Below are positions 37,996 to 50,696 of a DNA stretch of 64,000 bases, piece after piece. Both the position numbers and the translations under genes were made by a program. Under the pieces are notes generated by a model. It did not search any database and had not been told where the DNA came from. It was given only the letters and a program-made list of their open reading frames with translations. The stretch lies in assembly GCA_965112155.1 (NCBI GenBank), contig OZ218103.1; one strand, 5' to 3'. Each line of letters opens with the position of its first letter. The first letter of the stretch is position 1. This DNA is from Podarcis liolepis (Eukaryota).

Positions 37996-38172
37996 CACAA
38001 GCCTGGGAGAACATGATGAGTGCCTCAAGCCAGAGCCCTAATCCTAACAATCCTGCTGAGTACTGTTCTACCATTCCTCCCTTACAGCAAGCACAGGCTT
38101 CTGGAGCTCTGAACTCTCCACCACCTACTGTTATGGTACCTGTGGGAGTCCTAAAGCATCCAGGTGCAGAAG
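37996..38172 (+). CDS. ZFYVE9: ZFYVE9 exon 6, Smad-binding domain (SQSPNPNNPAEYCSTIPPLQQAQ...PPPTVMVPVGV)
   Basis: Recognisable SARA SBD; 177 nt, phase 1-1. Confidence 0.97.
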
Positions 38173-38204
38173 GTAGGGATCTTCTTTTCTTCTGCTTAGA
38201 TTCC

Positions 38205-38490
38205 ATCTCCCTACTCCCCCTCTTTATGAGAGGGGGTGGTCCCTGCCTGTTTGAAGGAGGCAGTGGTGAAACCATTCCTTAAAAAGCCTTCCTTGGATTC
38301 GAAAAACCTAGCTAACTACCAGCCAGTTGCTAAATCTCCCTTTCTTGAGCAAGGTTCTGGAGCAAGTGGTTACAGACCAGATCCAGGCACTTTTGGAAGA
38401 AACGTGAGTTTCTGGATCCATTTCAATTGAGGTTTAAGCCCAGTTTTGGCACAGAAACTGCTTTGGTCACCCTGTATGATGACCTCTGCC
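38205..38490 (+). mobile_element. L2/CR1-group LINE internal RT fragment
   Basis: VPACLKEAVVKPFLKKPSLD..NYQPV; after a frameshift, FLDPFQ..FGTETALVTLYDDL. Confidence 0.8.
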
Positions 38491-38550
38491 ATCATACAGA
38501 GTACTTCTGAATTCTAAATGTCCATCATACAGAGTACTTCTGAATTCTAA
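38489..38550. repeat. 29-bp direct repeat CCATCATACAGAGTACTTCTGAATTCTAA x2 (period 33)
   Basis: Read directly. Confidence 0.9.
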
Positions 38551-39514
38551 GTGTGTTATCAAAATGCTGATTAGTGTTAATGCTGATTAGTATTATTTAC
38601 TTGGGCTGCAGTCCAAAGAAGTGACATGCGCACATAAGGAAAAACTATTTGCGGAGCCTGAACTTCATTTGTTGTTTCTGCTGTAGCAATTTTTCCTACC
38701 CAAGTGACTTGAAAAAAAGACATCTAAGTCAGTAGTTTATGTCAAGTTTCCCTTTGATACTTCTTCATATAATTCCTAAACAGTGGTGCAAATCTGACCA
38801 CTCAACCATCTTTGTTGCACTGTATACATTTTACAACCTTACCTGTTTTTACCTATAAAGAGATTGTTGGCATATAGGGTCTTTCAGATGACCAGCACCT
38901 GTGATAGTTTGTGTAAAAATAACAGTAGAATCCCAATTCAATGGGATTTACTCAAAGGCAAGTGGGTATATGAAACACCCATGACTGATGAGAAGTATGG
39001 TCTGATAGTTACTCAGCACTCTAAAGCAGTTTATTTTCATCAAGTGAAAATGAAATGGCTATATCTGCCCGTGTAAATGTCAGTGTTTGAGAACTGCTCA
39101 AACTGGTTCTTTATTTGCATAGGAAAGCCTCCTTAACTCAATGTATCTGGTGGAGGTATTTATTCAGTTTAGAGATTAACTATAGGATCAAGATGCTTAG
39201 ATCTAAATGATTGAATATTAATCTAGTTATCACTAAAGATAAACTTACTATTTACAATGTTCTTTTTAAAAAATATCTTCAACTGCTGATGAAAAGACAA
39301 GCTGCCTTAAAAAACAACCACTATGGGAACTGTTGAACCAAAATCAGATTCTTCTTTATTTGGTTGTGGCATTGGAAATATTCAAAATCCCTATCGTTTC
39401 TGTTTTTTAGTGTGTGTTTCAGTGTATTTCTGTATCTCAATTAAAGCCAGCTAGCTTCACTTCTCTTTTCATGCATGCATTTCTTTTGATGAGTTGTTCC
39501 CATCTCTTCCTTAG

Positions 39515-39684
39515 TGGCTCAGCCCAGAGAACAAAGACGTGTTTGGTTTGCTGATGGCATCTTACCCAATGGGGAAGTTGCTGATGCAGCCAAATTGACA
39601 GTGGCTGGAACAACCTCCCCTGGAGCGCTAGCAGTGTCACATGATCCAAGTAAACCCATGAGCAACACTACTTCACCCATAGAG
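39515..39684 (+). CDS. ZFYVE9: ZFYVE9 exon 7 (contains RRVWF, an RVxF PP1-docking motif)
   Basis: [20 protein letters not shown]; ttag acceptor, GAG|gtgagg donor; 170 nt. Confidence 0.96.
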
Positions 39685-39891
39685 GTGAGGAAAAGCTCTG
39701 ATTTTTGTTGTAATATGTTGGACATGTCTCTTGGTCAGAGGGTACAGGCAGAAGTAGCTTCCCTAGCAATGTATTTTTACATGAGAGCCTATAGTACAGA
39801 TTGTTTTTTGTATCTTGTATTTTACAAAATGAAGACTAAAATATGTCTAGTTATGCATTTACATAGTGTTGTTGTTTACTGCTTTTTGTAG

Positions 39892-40015
39892 ACTGAAAAC
39901 ACACTTGCATTTTCAAGAAGCATTACTCAGGTTGGAAGTCCAGTTGGCAGTGCGATGAATCTTATTCCAGAAGATGGGCTTCCTCCAATTCTTATTTCTA
40001 CGGGGGTGAAAGGAG
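39892..40015 (+). CDS. ZFYVE9: ZFYVE9 exon 8
   Basis: TENTLAFSRSITQVGSPVGSAMNLIPEDGLPPILISTGVKG; AG/GT; 124 nt. Confidence 0.95.
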
Positions 40016-41750
40016 GTGAGAATTAAACTGTGGTGTGTCTGTTTTTGGGTTTAATGAGTAACATTCCATCCTAGAGCAGTCCATATTGAAACCAAAGTCT
40101 TCTGGATCAAGGTCAAATAGTCTTGACTGTCAGTGGGCTGAATATTAACAGCCAAGGTCAGGCTTAATAAAATATCTGTTAAATGGGGATTCTGTGTGCA
40201 TATAATCATTCAGGTGTACTGAATAGTGATGGGATTTCAAAAGGCTGACTTGGATGCATGTGAAATTGGAAGAAGGGATTGCATTTCTAGGAAAGTACCA
40301 ATTTCTGGGGTAGTTCTTTTCTGAGCTGGGCTAGACGTTATCAGCACTACGGTGTGTGGTCACACATACAGCAAGTACCTAATATCCAGTCTGATCTGTT
40401 GGCATACTGCCAATTTTTCTTGTTTACATCTTCCATATCAATGTCATGAAGTTTCTGCAATTTGAAGCAGTGGAGAATAATATCTATGTGTAGCTACTTG
40501 TTTGCAATAGATAAAACTAAATGATTGCCTGTGAAATAAGACTCTTCATAAAATACTACCACGAGTTGCAAGTACTATTTGTTTAGTTATTTAAACAACT
40601 AAAACTGACCAGTTGATAAACTCACTAATTAAGAACCAATGACTATGGATATATTCCAAATTTATGGATAAATTCCAAGTTATTTTTTGCAGTAAATCTT
40701 ATACCTGACAAACACTTCATTCTGTCAAAAGTCCTGATAGTCAAATAAAGTTTTTTAAAAAGGAAAACTAGAAGGGATTCATGCATCTGTGTTTATGGGA
40801 ATGCTTCAGAATATAGCCTTTAAATATGATTTCATTAATTTATATTGTTATATATAATGGCACTGTAAACATAAGCAAATAAAAGCCACTTCCCAATATT
40901 CCATCATACTCTAGCATGGAACAGAAGAAAGGCCAGGGCTATGCAGATAGAAGAAGGCTTGGTGATTGGTGGCTAGGGTCTGCAGTTATAGGGAGAAAAA
41001 TTATATCTTACCCAGTGGTACCCCTGTGTGCATACCTTTAATATCTCCCATGGCAGTAAAGGATTCCCATTTGCTCCTCTCAGGAAAAATGAAGGACTTT
41101 GATTGAGGAGTGAGAACCTGCATTCTACCCCTTTTATTGAACTTTTATTGACAGGATCACACAGGAATGTCTATCCACATGCAAAGCACATAGTTATACT
41201 GCACCCCTTGGCTTCCTTAGCATATATAAGCTGGTCTTCCCCATGGAAACCCCACCAATCCTTTTGATCATTTTGAGGGTCGGCCTGCATATATTTGCAA
41301 TACATGACTGAGATGCCAAAACTGGTTTATAATGGTTATGTTTAATGCCATATACTGTGCTTGACATAGAGGTATGTTGTGTAGAAGCCCCAGGGTAGAA
41401 ATCTATTTTTGTTGCACTATCAAATAAAGATTTACAAATGTATTTATTATGGGTCTGTTAAACAAATGCTATTTCATTTTTTAAGAATAGGCAATAGTAT
41501 TCAGTAATTGATTTCACAGTAATACTTTCACTGTTGTTGTAGATATTACTGATAGCATGCATTTTTCAGATGTTACCTAAACCCAATGAAATGTTGGGGG
41601 GGGGAAATCTCATTTTTTAAAAATCCTCCACCCATCCATTTTGAATAAGGTGACAGACCACACAGTACTTAAATATGAGAGGTATGCTATTGCCAAATTG
41701 CATAAGACACTTGACAACCATCATTTGACAGCTACCTTTTTTGCTTTCAG

Positions 41751-41873
41751 ATTATGCTGTAGAAGAAAAACCATCTCATATATCAGTGATGCAGCAGTTG
41801 GAAGATGGTGGCCCTGACCCCCTTGTGTTTGTTTTAAATGCAAATTTGCTTTCCATGGTTAAAATTGTGAACT
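41751..41873 (+). CDS. ZFYVE9: ZFYVE9 exon 9
   Basis: YAVEEKPSHISVMQQLEDGGPDPLVFVLNANLLSMVKIVN; 123 nt. Confidence 0.95.
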
Positions 41874-42261
41874 GTAAGTACAGTTTATTTGGATGATGAT
41901 AAAACGATCTTGCAATGAATCAATTTCCTTTGCTTTATAAAACATTTCCCTGTGAAAAACTTCTTGCACTGCAGAAAATCACCTTCAAGTAACAGTGGTG
42001 AATTGTCTTTCTGGTCTGTGTCTTGGAAGTGATTTTGTGCCAAAATCCAGGATATTATTTTCTGAGGCCCAATATATGAATTCACATATTTAAAAGATGT
42101 GCTGGTCTTGCTAATGATGATTTCTTGATTTAATAGCAGCATGATATTACAGTGGAACTTCAGTACGCTGAATGATGGGGTTTATAAAATCATACTTCCT
42201 ATGAGCATAACAAGATGCAGTTCAGAATATCCAGGATTTAAGATTATCTATGGTGTAATTC

Positions 42262-42611
42262 GGGGACGCGGGGTGGCGCTGTGCCTAGGACTTGCCGATC
42301 GCATGGTCGGCTGTTCGAATCCCCGCGGTGGGGTGAGCTCCCGTCGTTCGGTCCCAGCTCCTTCCCACCTAGCAGTTCGAAAGCACCCTTAAGTGCAAGT
42401 AGATAAATAGGTACCGCTTTATAGCAGGAAGGTAAACGGCGTTTCCGTGTGCTGCTCTGGTGCCGGTTCGCCAGAGCAGCTTCGTCACGCTGGCCACGTG
42501 ACCCGGAAGTGTCTACGGACAGCGCTGGCTCCCGGCCTCTAGAGTGAGATGAGCACACAACCCTAGAGTCTTGTCAAGACTGGCCCGTACGGGCAGGGGT
42601 ACCTTTACCTT
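42262..42611 (+). mobile_element. Sauria SINE, near full length, young
   Basis: Head GGGGACGCGGGGTGGCGCTGTG; (ACCTTT)2 tail; perfect 13-bp TSD TATGGTGTAATTC at 42249-42261 and 42612-42624. Confidence 0.95.
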
Positions 42612-43376
42612 TATGGTGTAATTCAGCATAACTCTAAGAGGGGTACACCTACAGGGAACAAGGGTCTTCCCTTGCTCTTCTCTCCCCATTTGTCCCCTAA
42701 ACCTGTTCTGAGGGTTCCTTGAAACGCTCCATAGCTGATTTTGGAAGTACAGGTGGGAGAGGTGGAGAGAAGTCCTGTTGCGCAAGGTACCTCATTTCAC
42801 GCATGCTAGCAGCTTAGATGAATGCCTAGTTTAACCTATGTGGTTAAACTAGGGGCGGCTAACCTTATTTGGTCCAAGGGCTTCATGTCAGTGGAGGATG
42901 TTGTCAAAATGAACTTTGGTGTCCCCTAGCTTTGTGCCTCTCCCCGACCAAGCCTGTGCACACACAGGCAGGCACACAGACGCACAATGGCAGACACAAG
43001 CCATAATCCTGCCAATTTGAGGGATTCCTCCCCATTGCAGTGCTGTGCTGAGAGGAGAGACTTAAAATGTAAAGACTAGCAAATGCAGAGGTTACCATAT
43101 TGGGTCAGAAACACAACCTTATAGTAACTAAGACTTTTAACCTGCAGGGTGAATAACTTGGGCAGGGTTTTAATTGAGGAAAGTGATATTGCAAGAAGGG
43201 TCAAACCCTGAATCACCCAGTACTGTTGTCTAAAATCTACACACAACCCATACACAAAAACCATACATGGTTTTTTTATATATAAATGAGATCCTGAGTC
43301 AGAGAGCTCTGTTGTGTTTAGTTTGGCCTTGGCAAATAAGCAGCCTACAGTAATGTCTTCATTAATTTTGCATTTA

Positions 43377-43619
43377 TCGTGGTACCTCGTGTTATGGATG
43401 GGATCCGTTCCGGAGGCCTGTCCGCAACTGAAAGCTCTGTGTCTGCACAGGCATGTGGCACAATTTGGCGCTTCTGCACATGTGCAAAACATGATTTAGC
43501 GCTTTGTGCAGGCGCGAGCGGTGAAACCCAGAAGTAACCTGTTCTGCTACTTCCGCGTTGCCACGGGATGTAACGCAAAAAGACACAACATGAAGCGTAC
43601 GCAATACGAGGTATGACTG
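43377..43619. mobile_element. Tigger/pogo-like MITE
   Basis: Imperfect TIRs TCGTGGTACCTCGTGTT / AATACGAGGTATGACTG, with TA on both sides; CpG-rich. Confidence 0.7.
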
Positions 43620-43670
43620 TACTCCATATGTTTATTTTTACAAACCCTCATTGTGCTTTCCCTTCTACAG

Positions 43671-43826
43671 ATGTGAACAGGAAGTGCTGGTGCTTCACTA
43701 CAAAAGGAATGCATGCTGTAGGCCAGTCAGAAATAGTAATTCTTCTCCAGTGCTTACCTGATGAGAAGTGTTTGCCGAAGGATATTTTCAACCACTTTGT
43801 GCAGCTTTATAGAGATGCTTTGGCAG
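43671..43826 (+). CDS. ZFYVE9: ZFYVE9 exon 10
   Basis: VNRKCWCFTTKGMHAVGQSEIVILLQCLPDEK...RDALA; 156 nt. Confidence 0.96.
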
Positions 43827-45862
43827 GTGAGAGAACTGCCTATTTGAAAATTGTGATGACTGCTGACAGCTAAATTACTTGAATTATTAAGTCATCACAG
43901 TTGTGTAGCTGTGCCTTCTAGATTCTTTTATAAAATAGTCCATATTTGTACATTATTAAATAATATTTAAGTAACCAAAGGGCTCTCTGCCTTTTCTTCA
44001 GATGCTGATTGAACTTTGATCCAGCATACTACAGATATTACTATGTGCAATTTCACTACAGTGTTGCATAATTTATGACCTCTACATAATGTGTATTTGA
44101 ATTCTATTTTTGGTATTCTTTGATATACTGTCCTTCAATGCTGTGAGGGAAGCAGGGTTTCGGGGCTTTGTTATTTTTAATCAAAAGCCAAAATTTAATA
44201 CCAGTACTGCTGACTTTTATGATTCTTTTTGGGGAGGGGGCATTTTCTATTTCTGTAGTTCAGAAATGTAAGGCAGTCAAATTAAATCATGAGTTACTGT
44301 GCTGGATACAAAAAGGATTCTTGTTTTCTGAGCGGATGATCTTCATGACTCATAGCACTCTAAATCAATTTCTGCAGTGGTCCATAATACACTCTTAGTA
44401 TGTGGCTTGCTTATGTTCTGACATTGTAAGTAGTTGAGAGAGAGTTGTGGAGGGATGCAGTACAGTACACTAAATTAACACTGCTAGGGGGTTATCAGAA
44501 ACAGCTTGCTATAAAGTTATTTACTATAAGTGCAATGAATAAGACAACTGTGTCTTAACCATTCTGCTATATATTTTGGAAAGTTCTTCATTTGTTTGCT
44601 ACGCTTTGGAACACCTCTTAACACAGCATTTTAAAAAAATTGCTGGTTCCCGAGATCAGGGAGCAGGTTTTTCAAATCAAGATAGCAGACTGAACCTTTC
44701 AAAACGGTGCTGATTTTGGGGTTTCTTAAAATTTCCGAGTAACGCCAGGTAGAAGGCTGCTGGTTTCTTATAAGGCAAAACATGCCTGTAATAAATAGAG
44801 GGTACACTGTGTGTAATTATTTCTGAAAAGCTGAGGGGAGTGGGAAATTTGTAAAGGATTTCTGCTATAGAACAGTGGATAAATTTTCAGCAGGGCTTAG
44901 AGCTTTAAGAGTTGTATGTGCTTGGGCTGCATATCTAGTACCTGCAGGTCATAGCTTCATGGCTGAGTAGAAATTTGTACCTGAGTGTCCTTAATCTTAG
45001 ATCCAACATTTTCAACATCACATATTATTAACTTTTAAGCATTCTCTTTTTCATTAACATCCTTTGTTGTTAAAATGCAACAGTATAAAGCATGGTATTG
45101 GTACTGGTTTAAAACCTGTGACATATAATTTCACTATTGAAACAAAGGTTTTCTCTGTATATAATAATAGTAATGTATATAATAGTAATAAATAATCTAC
45201 CAGGTTAAGCCCAGAGACAAAGTTTTCTCAGGAAGTTGGGAGTGAATTAAGTGTGCTGCTCATGGTATGTATATACTCATCACACCTTCACATCTGATAA
45301 AATTGCTTGGCAGGATTTGGTGTCATTTCTAAGACCTGCAAATCCTGTTTGACAAGAGGTCAAACTTTTGGATAAAATTATTTTGTACTAAACATGAGAA
45401 GTGCAACATTTATTTCAAAGCACTTTCTTAAAATTACCGTATATTCCATCTCTAGCCTAAGACTCAGCATATGGCTGCTTCAGAATGTTGCAATGTTTGT
45501 GGAGTTGCTTTTTTCGTATCCCTTTTGGGATCAGGGTTCTTGGGTTTTTTGTGGCAGGGAATCTACACTGTAGAGATTTCAGTTGCAAATACCTAGAAAT
45601 GAAATCAATAAGTGTGTGCAGAACTTTTCTAATTAAACTGGAAAAATAAAGCATTATATACTATTGAATAAAATTCCTTTTGCTTTTATTTTGGTATATC
45701 TGCTGCAAATGGGTAATTTAAGTTAGTATACCTTAACATTTCTTTAAAAATGTTTTCTTCTGTGTCACAAGTAGCACAAGAGGAAGTAGGATCTCTGTGC
45801 AATTTTATCTTGCCTTTTGGATATATAGCCATTAATAATAACTATTTCTCTTGTTTCCATAG

Positions 45863-46087
45863 GCAGTGTTGTGGGTAATTTAGGACATTCATTTTTCAGT
45901 CAGAGTTTTCTCGGCAGTAAGGAGCATGGCGGCTTCTTGTATGTTACACCTGTGTATCAGTCGCTGCAGGACTTGGTGCTCCCCACTCCACCATATTTAT
46001 TTGGAATCCTTATCCAGAAATGGGAGACTCCTTGGGCCAAAGTATTTCCCATCCGACTGATGTTGAGACTTGGAGCTGAATACAGGT
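45863..46087 (+). CDS. ZFYVE9: ZFYVE9 exon 11
   Basis: [11 protein letters not shown]...[22 protein letters not shown]; 225 nt. Confidence 0.96.
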
Positions 46088-47193
46088 GTAAGTCCTATTA
46101 CTCTTCAGTGTCCCATTAGATCCCAGCCTTGGTTTCAGTGTGTCATATATACATATTTTACCATTTTGTTGCTGGTAATCACATTGCCTTGGATTCAAAC
46201 TTTTTGCTTTGTGAGCAAAGGGAGTCTTCTGTTCATGGAGCAAAAGGTTAGGGTCCAAGCTACCGTTGTAAGGACATTACTAAATGTGATTCTGTTGGCC
46301 AAATTAATCTACATTAAAGTAGTTGCTTGTGCACGTAATGCACAGTAGGTTATGTTATATGGGAACAGTGTCTGAAGTGGGTTTAAAATGGCTTTCTGTG
46401 CGACGGAGGGCTCTGTGGCACCCTACCAGACATGGGAGCTTGGAGTAACTGGTGCAGTCATGGTTTTCAGAATTGTATTCAGTGGTTCTTTTGTGTGTGC
46501 ACCACTTTCATAAGTAACTGAAACCTAGGCAAACTTGAAAATTGAAAATGGTTACAAAAACCTAGTACTGAATATAAGCTGTTAAGATCTCCACAACAAT
46601 CATTTGTTTAAGTCAGTTGGGGTTAGTGTTAGGTCACACACAGTGACTTCTTGTGCTCCCATTTTGGCTCTGTAGTGTACAAATAAAAACATGGAAAGTG
46701 TTGCTAGAAAGGCAGAGCATCTTTCCTCGGCACATGTCTGTGCTCCAAGTAGAAATCTGAAGGCCCATCCTATTATTCTATTCTTACAATTGTCCTTGAT
46801 CAGACAGGCACCAACATAGGTGGAATGATTCCTTCCTTGTATGTGACTATATGTGGATCACTGGCAAAGAACCACAATGAGGGAGAACTCTGGGTTGGAT
46901 CAAGACTTGACGCTTTGCAAAAAAGGGCTCATTCTATTTGCAGAGGGAATCAGAATCCAGTGGGGGTTCTCCACTTGCGGAGGGACTGTGGTTTTTGTTG
47001 TGCAAATGGAACTTCTTCCTGTGCAAGTGGAACTTCTCTGAGCATGTCTGGATACAAGCTATGGTGTTATTTTGATCTTCCTACTGTTGATATTTTTCTA
47101 AATTTGATTTTCCAGCTACCAAATGCAAGGTTTTTGGAGTGAACTTCTCCATAGATATGTTTGAATCTGAGATCTTTTTTCTTACTTTCTTAG

Positions 47194-47276
47194 TGTACCC
47201 GTGCCCACTTTTCAGTGTCAGATTTCGTAAGCCATTGTTTGGAGAGACTGGACACACAATTATGAATCTTCTTGCA
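47194..47276 (+). CDS. ZFYVE9: ZFYVE9 exon 12
   Basis: [27 protein letters not shown]; 83 nt. Confidence 0.96.
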
Positions 47277-48469
47277 GTAAGTGATGGTTACAAGATTATT
47301 TTGTAAATAGAAAAATGTATGTGTTCTGTTCACTCACCTAATTTATATGCACTGTTATTCTGAAAATATAATAATGTGTAGATTTCTTAAATCTAGATAT
47401 GATGGAGTAGAATTTATTTATTTATTTATTTATTTAACAAATTTATATACAGTTTTCAAGCAAAAAATTATTCTCAAAGTGTTTTACAAACTACATACAA
47501 AAACGTAAACAAAAAATATAATTTAAAACTGGCTAAAACATCCATATGATTTCAAAAGATAATTTAAAAGACATCACAAAAACAAGTATTTCTGAGCATA
47601 ACAAAAATACCATAGAACACCACAATACCAATTTTACAGCTCAGATTATAATTAGTCCCTAAAGACTATTAACCCTTATCCCTAAAAGGATAGGTCTTTA
47701 AAGGAGGTGGGGATGAGGTTTGCTCTCAATATCATGCAGAATCTAATACACAGTTTTATGCAACAAATATCTATTTTAAATCAAGAGAACACTAAAGGTC
47801 CTTTTTTTAACATCTCTGAACTGGACCATCATATAGCTGTAGGCACACTACTGTTAAAAAAAACCACCTAAGCATTTCATCTGTACATTTATACCAAGGA
47901 ACCCCAGTTTAGTGTCCTGTATTTTTATTTTTATTTTTTTTGTATGCTAGAGAAAGAGCACAGCTGCGCTCAAGGACAGAAAGAATACCTTGGAGTGGTG
48001 CTGATGCCCCATAGCATTTAAGGAGATTAAACAGGCACCTGTTCCAAATGTGAAGTGTGTTATTGGACACCAGGAAGGAATATAGCAGAGGTGGATGAGT
48101 GGGTGGGAATGGGAGATTATCAGGTGCTCCTTTCCTCCTCTTGTTCATCCAAAGGCAATTTCTATTTTCTCACAGCTAAACGTACCCAGCTTACTCTGAT
48201 ACACATTGCATCTCATGAAACTCATTGGTACAATATCAGTTCTTTCTACTTAGTGTTGTTTTCAGAGCCCCTACTGATGGGTTAGGTTGCTCCTGAAACA
48301 AAATGTATTTTGCAATATTTTAAACAAAATAATGAGTAAAGAATACAGCTTATTGCGAATGGATTTAGTATTTTTATTGTAATTTTTCAAAGTTGACCCA
48401 TAGTTCTTGCGTTGCTGAAACTCAAATGCCAGCAGCAATTGTGATTTTCATTGTTCTGTGCACTGATAG

Positions 48470-48574
48470 GACTTCAGAAATTACCAGTATACATTGCCAG
48501 TTGTCCAAGGCTTAGTGGTTGATATGGAAGTGAGGAAAACCAGCATCAAAATTCCCAGCAACAGATACAATGAG
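48470..48574 (+). CDS. ZFYVE9: ZFYVE9 exon 13
   Basis: DFRNYQYTLPVVQGLVVDMEVRKTSIKIPSNRYNE; 105 nt. Confidence 0.96.
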
Positions 48575-49319
48575 GTATGTAGTGTGAATAAATATGTAAC
48601 ACACATGTCCAAGAAGCATCACAGTGATTCTTCTATTGATGAAATATTGAACGAACTAGGAGTTACTTGAGGGGTGAATACAACTGGATCTGTGAGATCG
48701 GGTTTCAAATTCTTGCTCAGCAAGGAACTGAGGGAGCAGCTTTGGTTAAGCCATGGTATCTCTTTACCTTGTCTCCCATCTGAAAAATTATGAATAATGA
48801 CATACCTTAATATCTCATGTTGATATGGCAGATCAGGTGTAAACTGTCTTGCATGTTCTTCTCCAAAATATTGTATGCCATAAATCATATATTTCTTTTG
48901 GAGGACTAAAATTTTAATTCAGTGATTGTTAAATGTTTATTTTTTCAAAGAGCCAAGAAACAGCATTGCAAATAGTTTAATTTGGCCCTATTCCTGGGAT
49001 GGGCAGTCCACAGCCATTGGCCTGATTTTATGTGATCGTTGGCAAGCATCACCTCAGACCCTTGGCAAGACTGAAGTGCCCCCCATGGACAAGAGAGAGA
49101 GAGACTACCTTTGGCTCTGGCCTTGGCCACTGCTGAGTTTAGCCCCGCCCCCCTCCCAGTTATCCTTGAAAGGAGTTCTTTGACAGAAAAAAAAGTTTGC
49201 CTCCATCTGCCCTGTACAGATGTCATTTTTCTTCAGGGTTTGCACCTGTGGAGACAGTTCTCACGTTTCTTGGGTGGTGGTCTCATATTATGTGGTAATG
49301 GTAAATGTTTTGGTTGCAG

Positions 49320-49470
49320 ATGATGAAAGCCATGAACAAGTCCAATGAGCATGTTCTAGCAGGTGGGGCATGCTTCAATGACAGGGCAGACTCTCATCTC
49401 GTGTGTGTGCAGAATGATGATGGGAACTATCAGACACAGGCCATCAGTATTCATAATCAACCGCGGAAGG
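49320..49470 (+). CDS. ZFYVE9: ZFYVE9 exon 14
   Basis: [50 protein letters not shown]; 151 nt. Confidence 0.96.
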
Positions 49471-49599
49471 GTGAGAGTTGCTGACAATGTATTCACCCCC
49501 CCATAAACAGTCTGCTGTTTGCATTGTTTTCTTGTTCATTGTTTTTTGCTTGTAAGCCCTTTTGATTTTATAAGTGCATGATGAGCAAAGAGCCCTAGT

Positions 49600-50420
49600 G
49601 CCTGAAGGCAGTTATGGCCTGAATGAGAGCCACTAAACTGAGACTGAATCTTGATAAGACAAAGGCACTGTTGGTGATGGTTCACAGGTGAGAATTGGGT
49701 ATATGGCCTATTCTGAACGAAGCTGCAACCCTTCCCGAAGCAACAGATTCATAAGCTGAGGGTGCTTCTAGAAGCTCACGAGGCTTCAATGGCAAGAGGT
49801 GCCTCAGCCCAGCTTCTGCTGGTTCATCACCAGGGCAGCCTAGCTTTATGGCCTGGTAACCTCACGCTTAGACTACTGCAGTGTGCTCTATATGGGCCTG
49901 CCCTTGGAGATGCAGTTGGTGAAGAATGTGGCTGCAAAAGTCTTGACAGGTTCATATGTAAGTGATCTTTGACACTGGCTGCCTGGGCCCAATTTAAGGT
50001 GCTGGATTTGGTGTACAAAGCCATATACAGCTTGGGACCTAAGTACTTAAAGGAACAACTATCCCATTATATGCTGACGTTATTCTTTAAGATATGTGAG
50101 GGATGTCCTGCTTGCAGTTGCATGAACAACTGCAGTTGGTTGTATGCTAACAGTGAGCAGGGCCTTAATGGCACACTGGGTGGGGAATTCCTTCCCATAG
50201 GAGATGCAGTTGTTACTCTCATAAACAGTTTTTCCTCTCATTAATAGTTTTATGTTAAGATATTTTTTCATTCAGGCCTATGGAGATGTCTGATTTAAAG
50301 AAGTTGCTTCTCTGCTGCTGGGTTACTATTTTGCAGTCTCCATGGTTTTAATGTCATAGCTGTAATTTTGAACCTTAATAACATGTGTTATACTGCCCTG
50401 AGAAATTATGGGTTATAATT
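49600..50420 (+). mobile_element. Highly degraded L2/CR1-group LINE 3' portion
   Basis: Remnant motifs LRLNLDKTKALLV, LDYCSVLYMG and FKVLDLVYKA. Confidence 0.65.
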
Positions 50421-50696
50421 AATTTTAATATTAGTATTAATATTAATTGGAGCACTTTGTGCAAACACATTGAATACTATGCAGCTTCTCACTGCCTGTT
50501 TCCATTTGCCTCTCCATTTTAAAAGTCCATTTTTCATCTTTCTTACACTACACACCATGGTGGGATTCATCAGCTATACTGTGATTTGAGATCCTGGCTT
50601 CTTTGTACTATCACAGCTTCTGAACTCAGGAGATAAAGGGAAACGCGAATGCTTTCAGTCTCTTCTCCACGTGTGTGGAGGAGGAATGGTATACAT

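Noticed and set aside
26385-38550. Short direct repeats as CRISPR-like arrays
   Set aside because: Only two copies each, no spacers, and the DNA is vertebrate.
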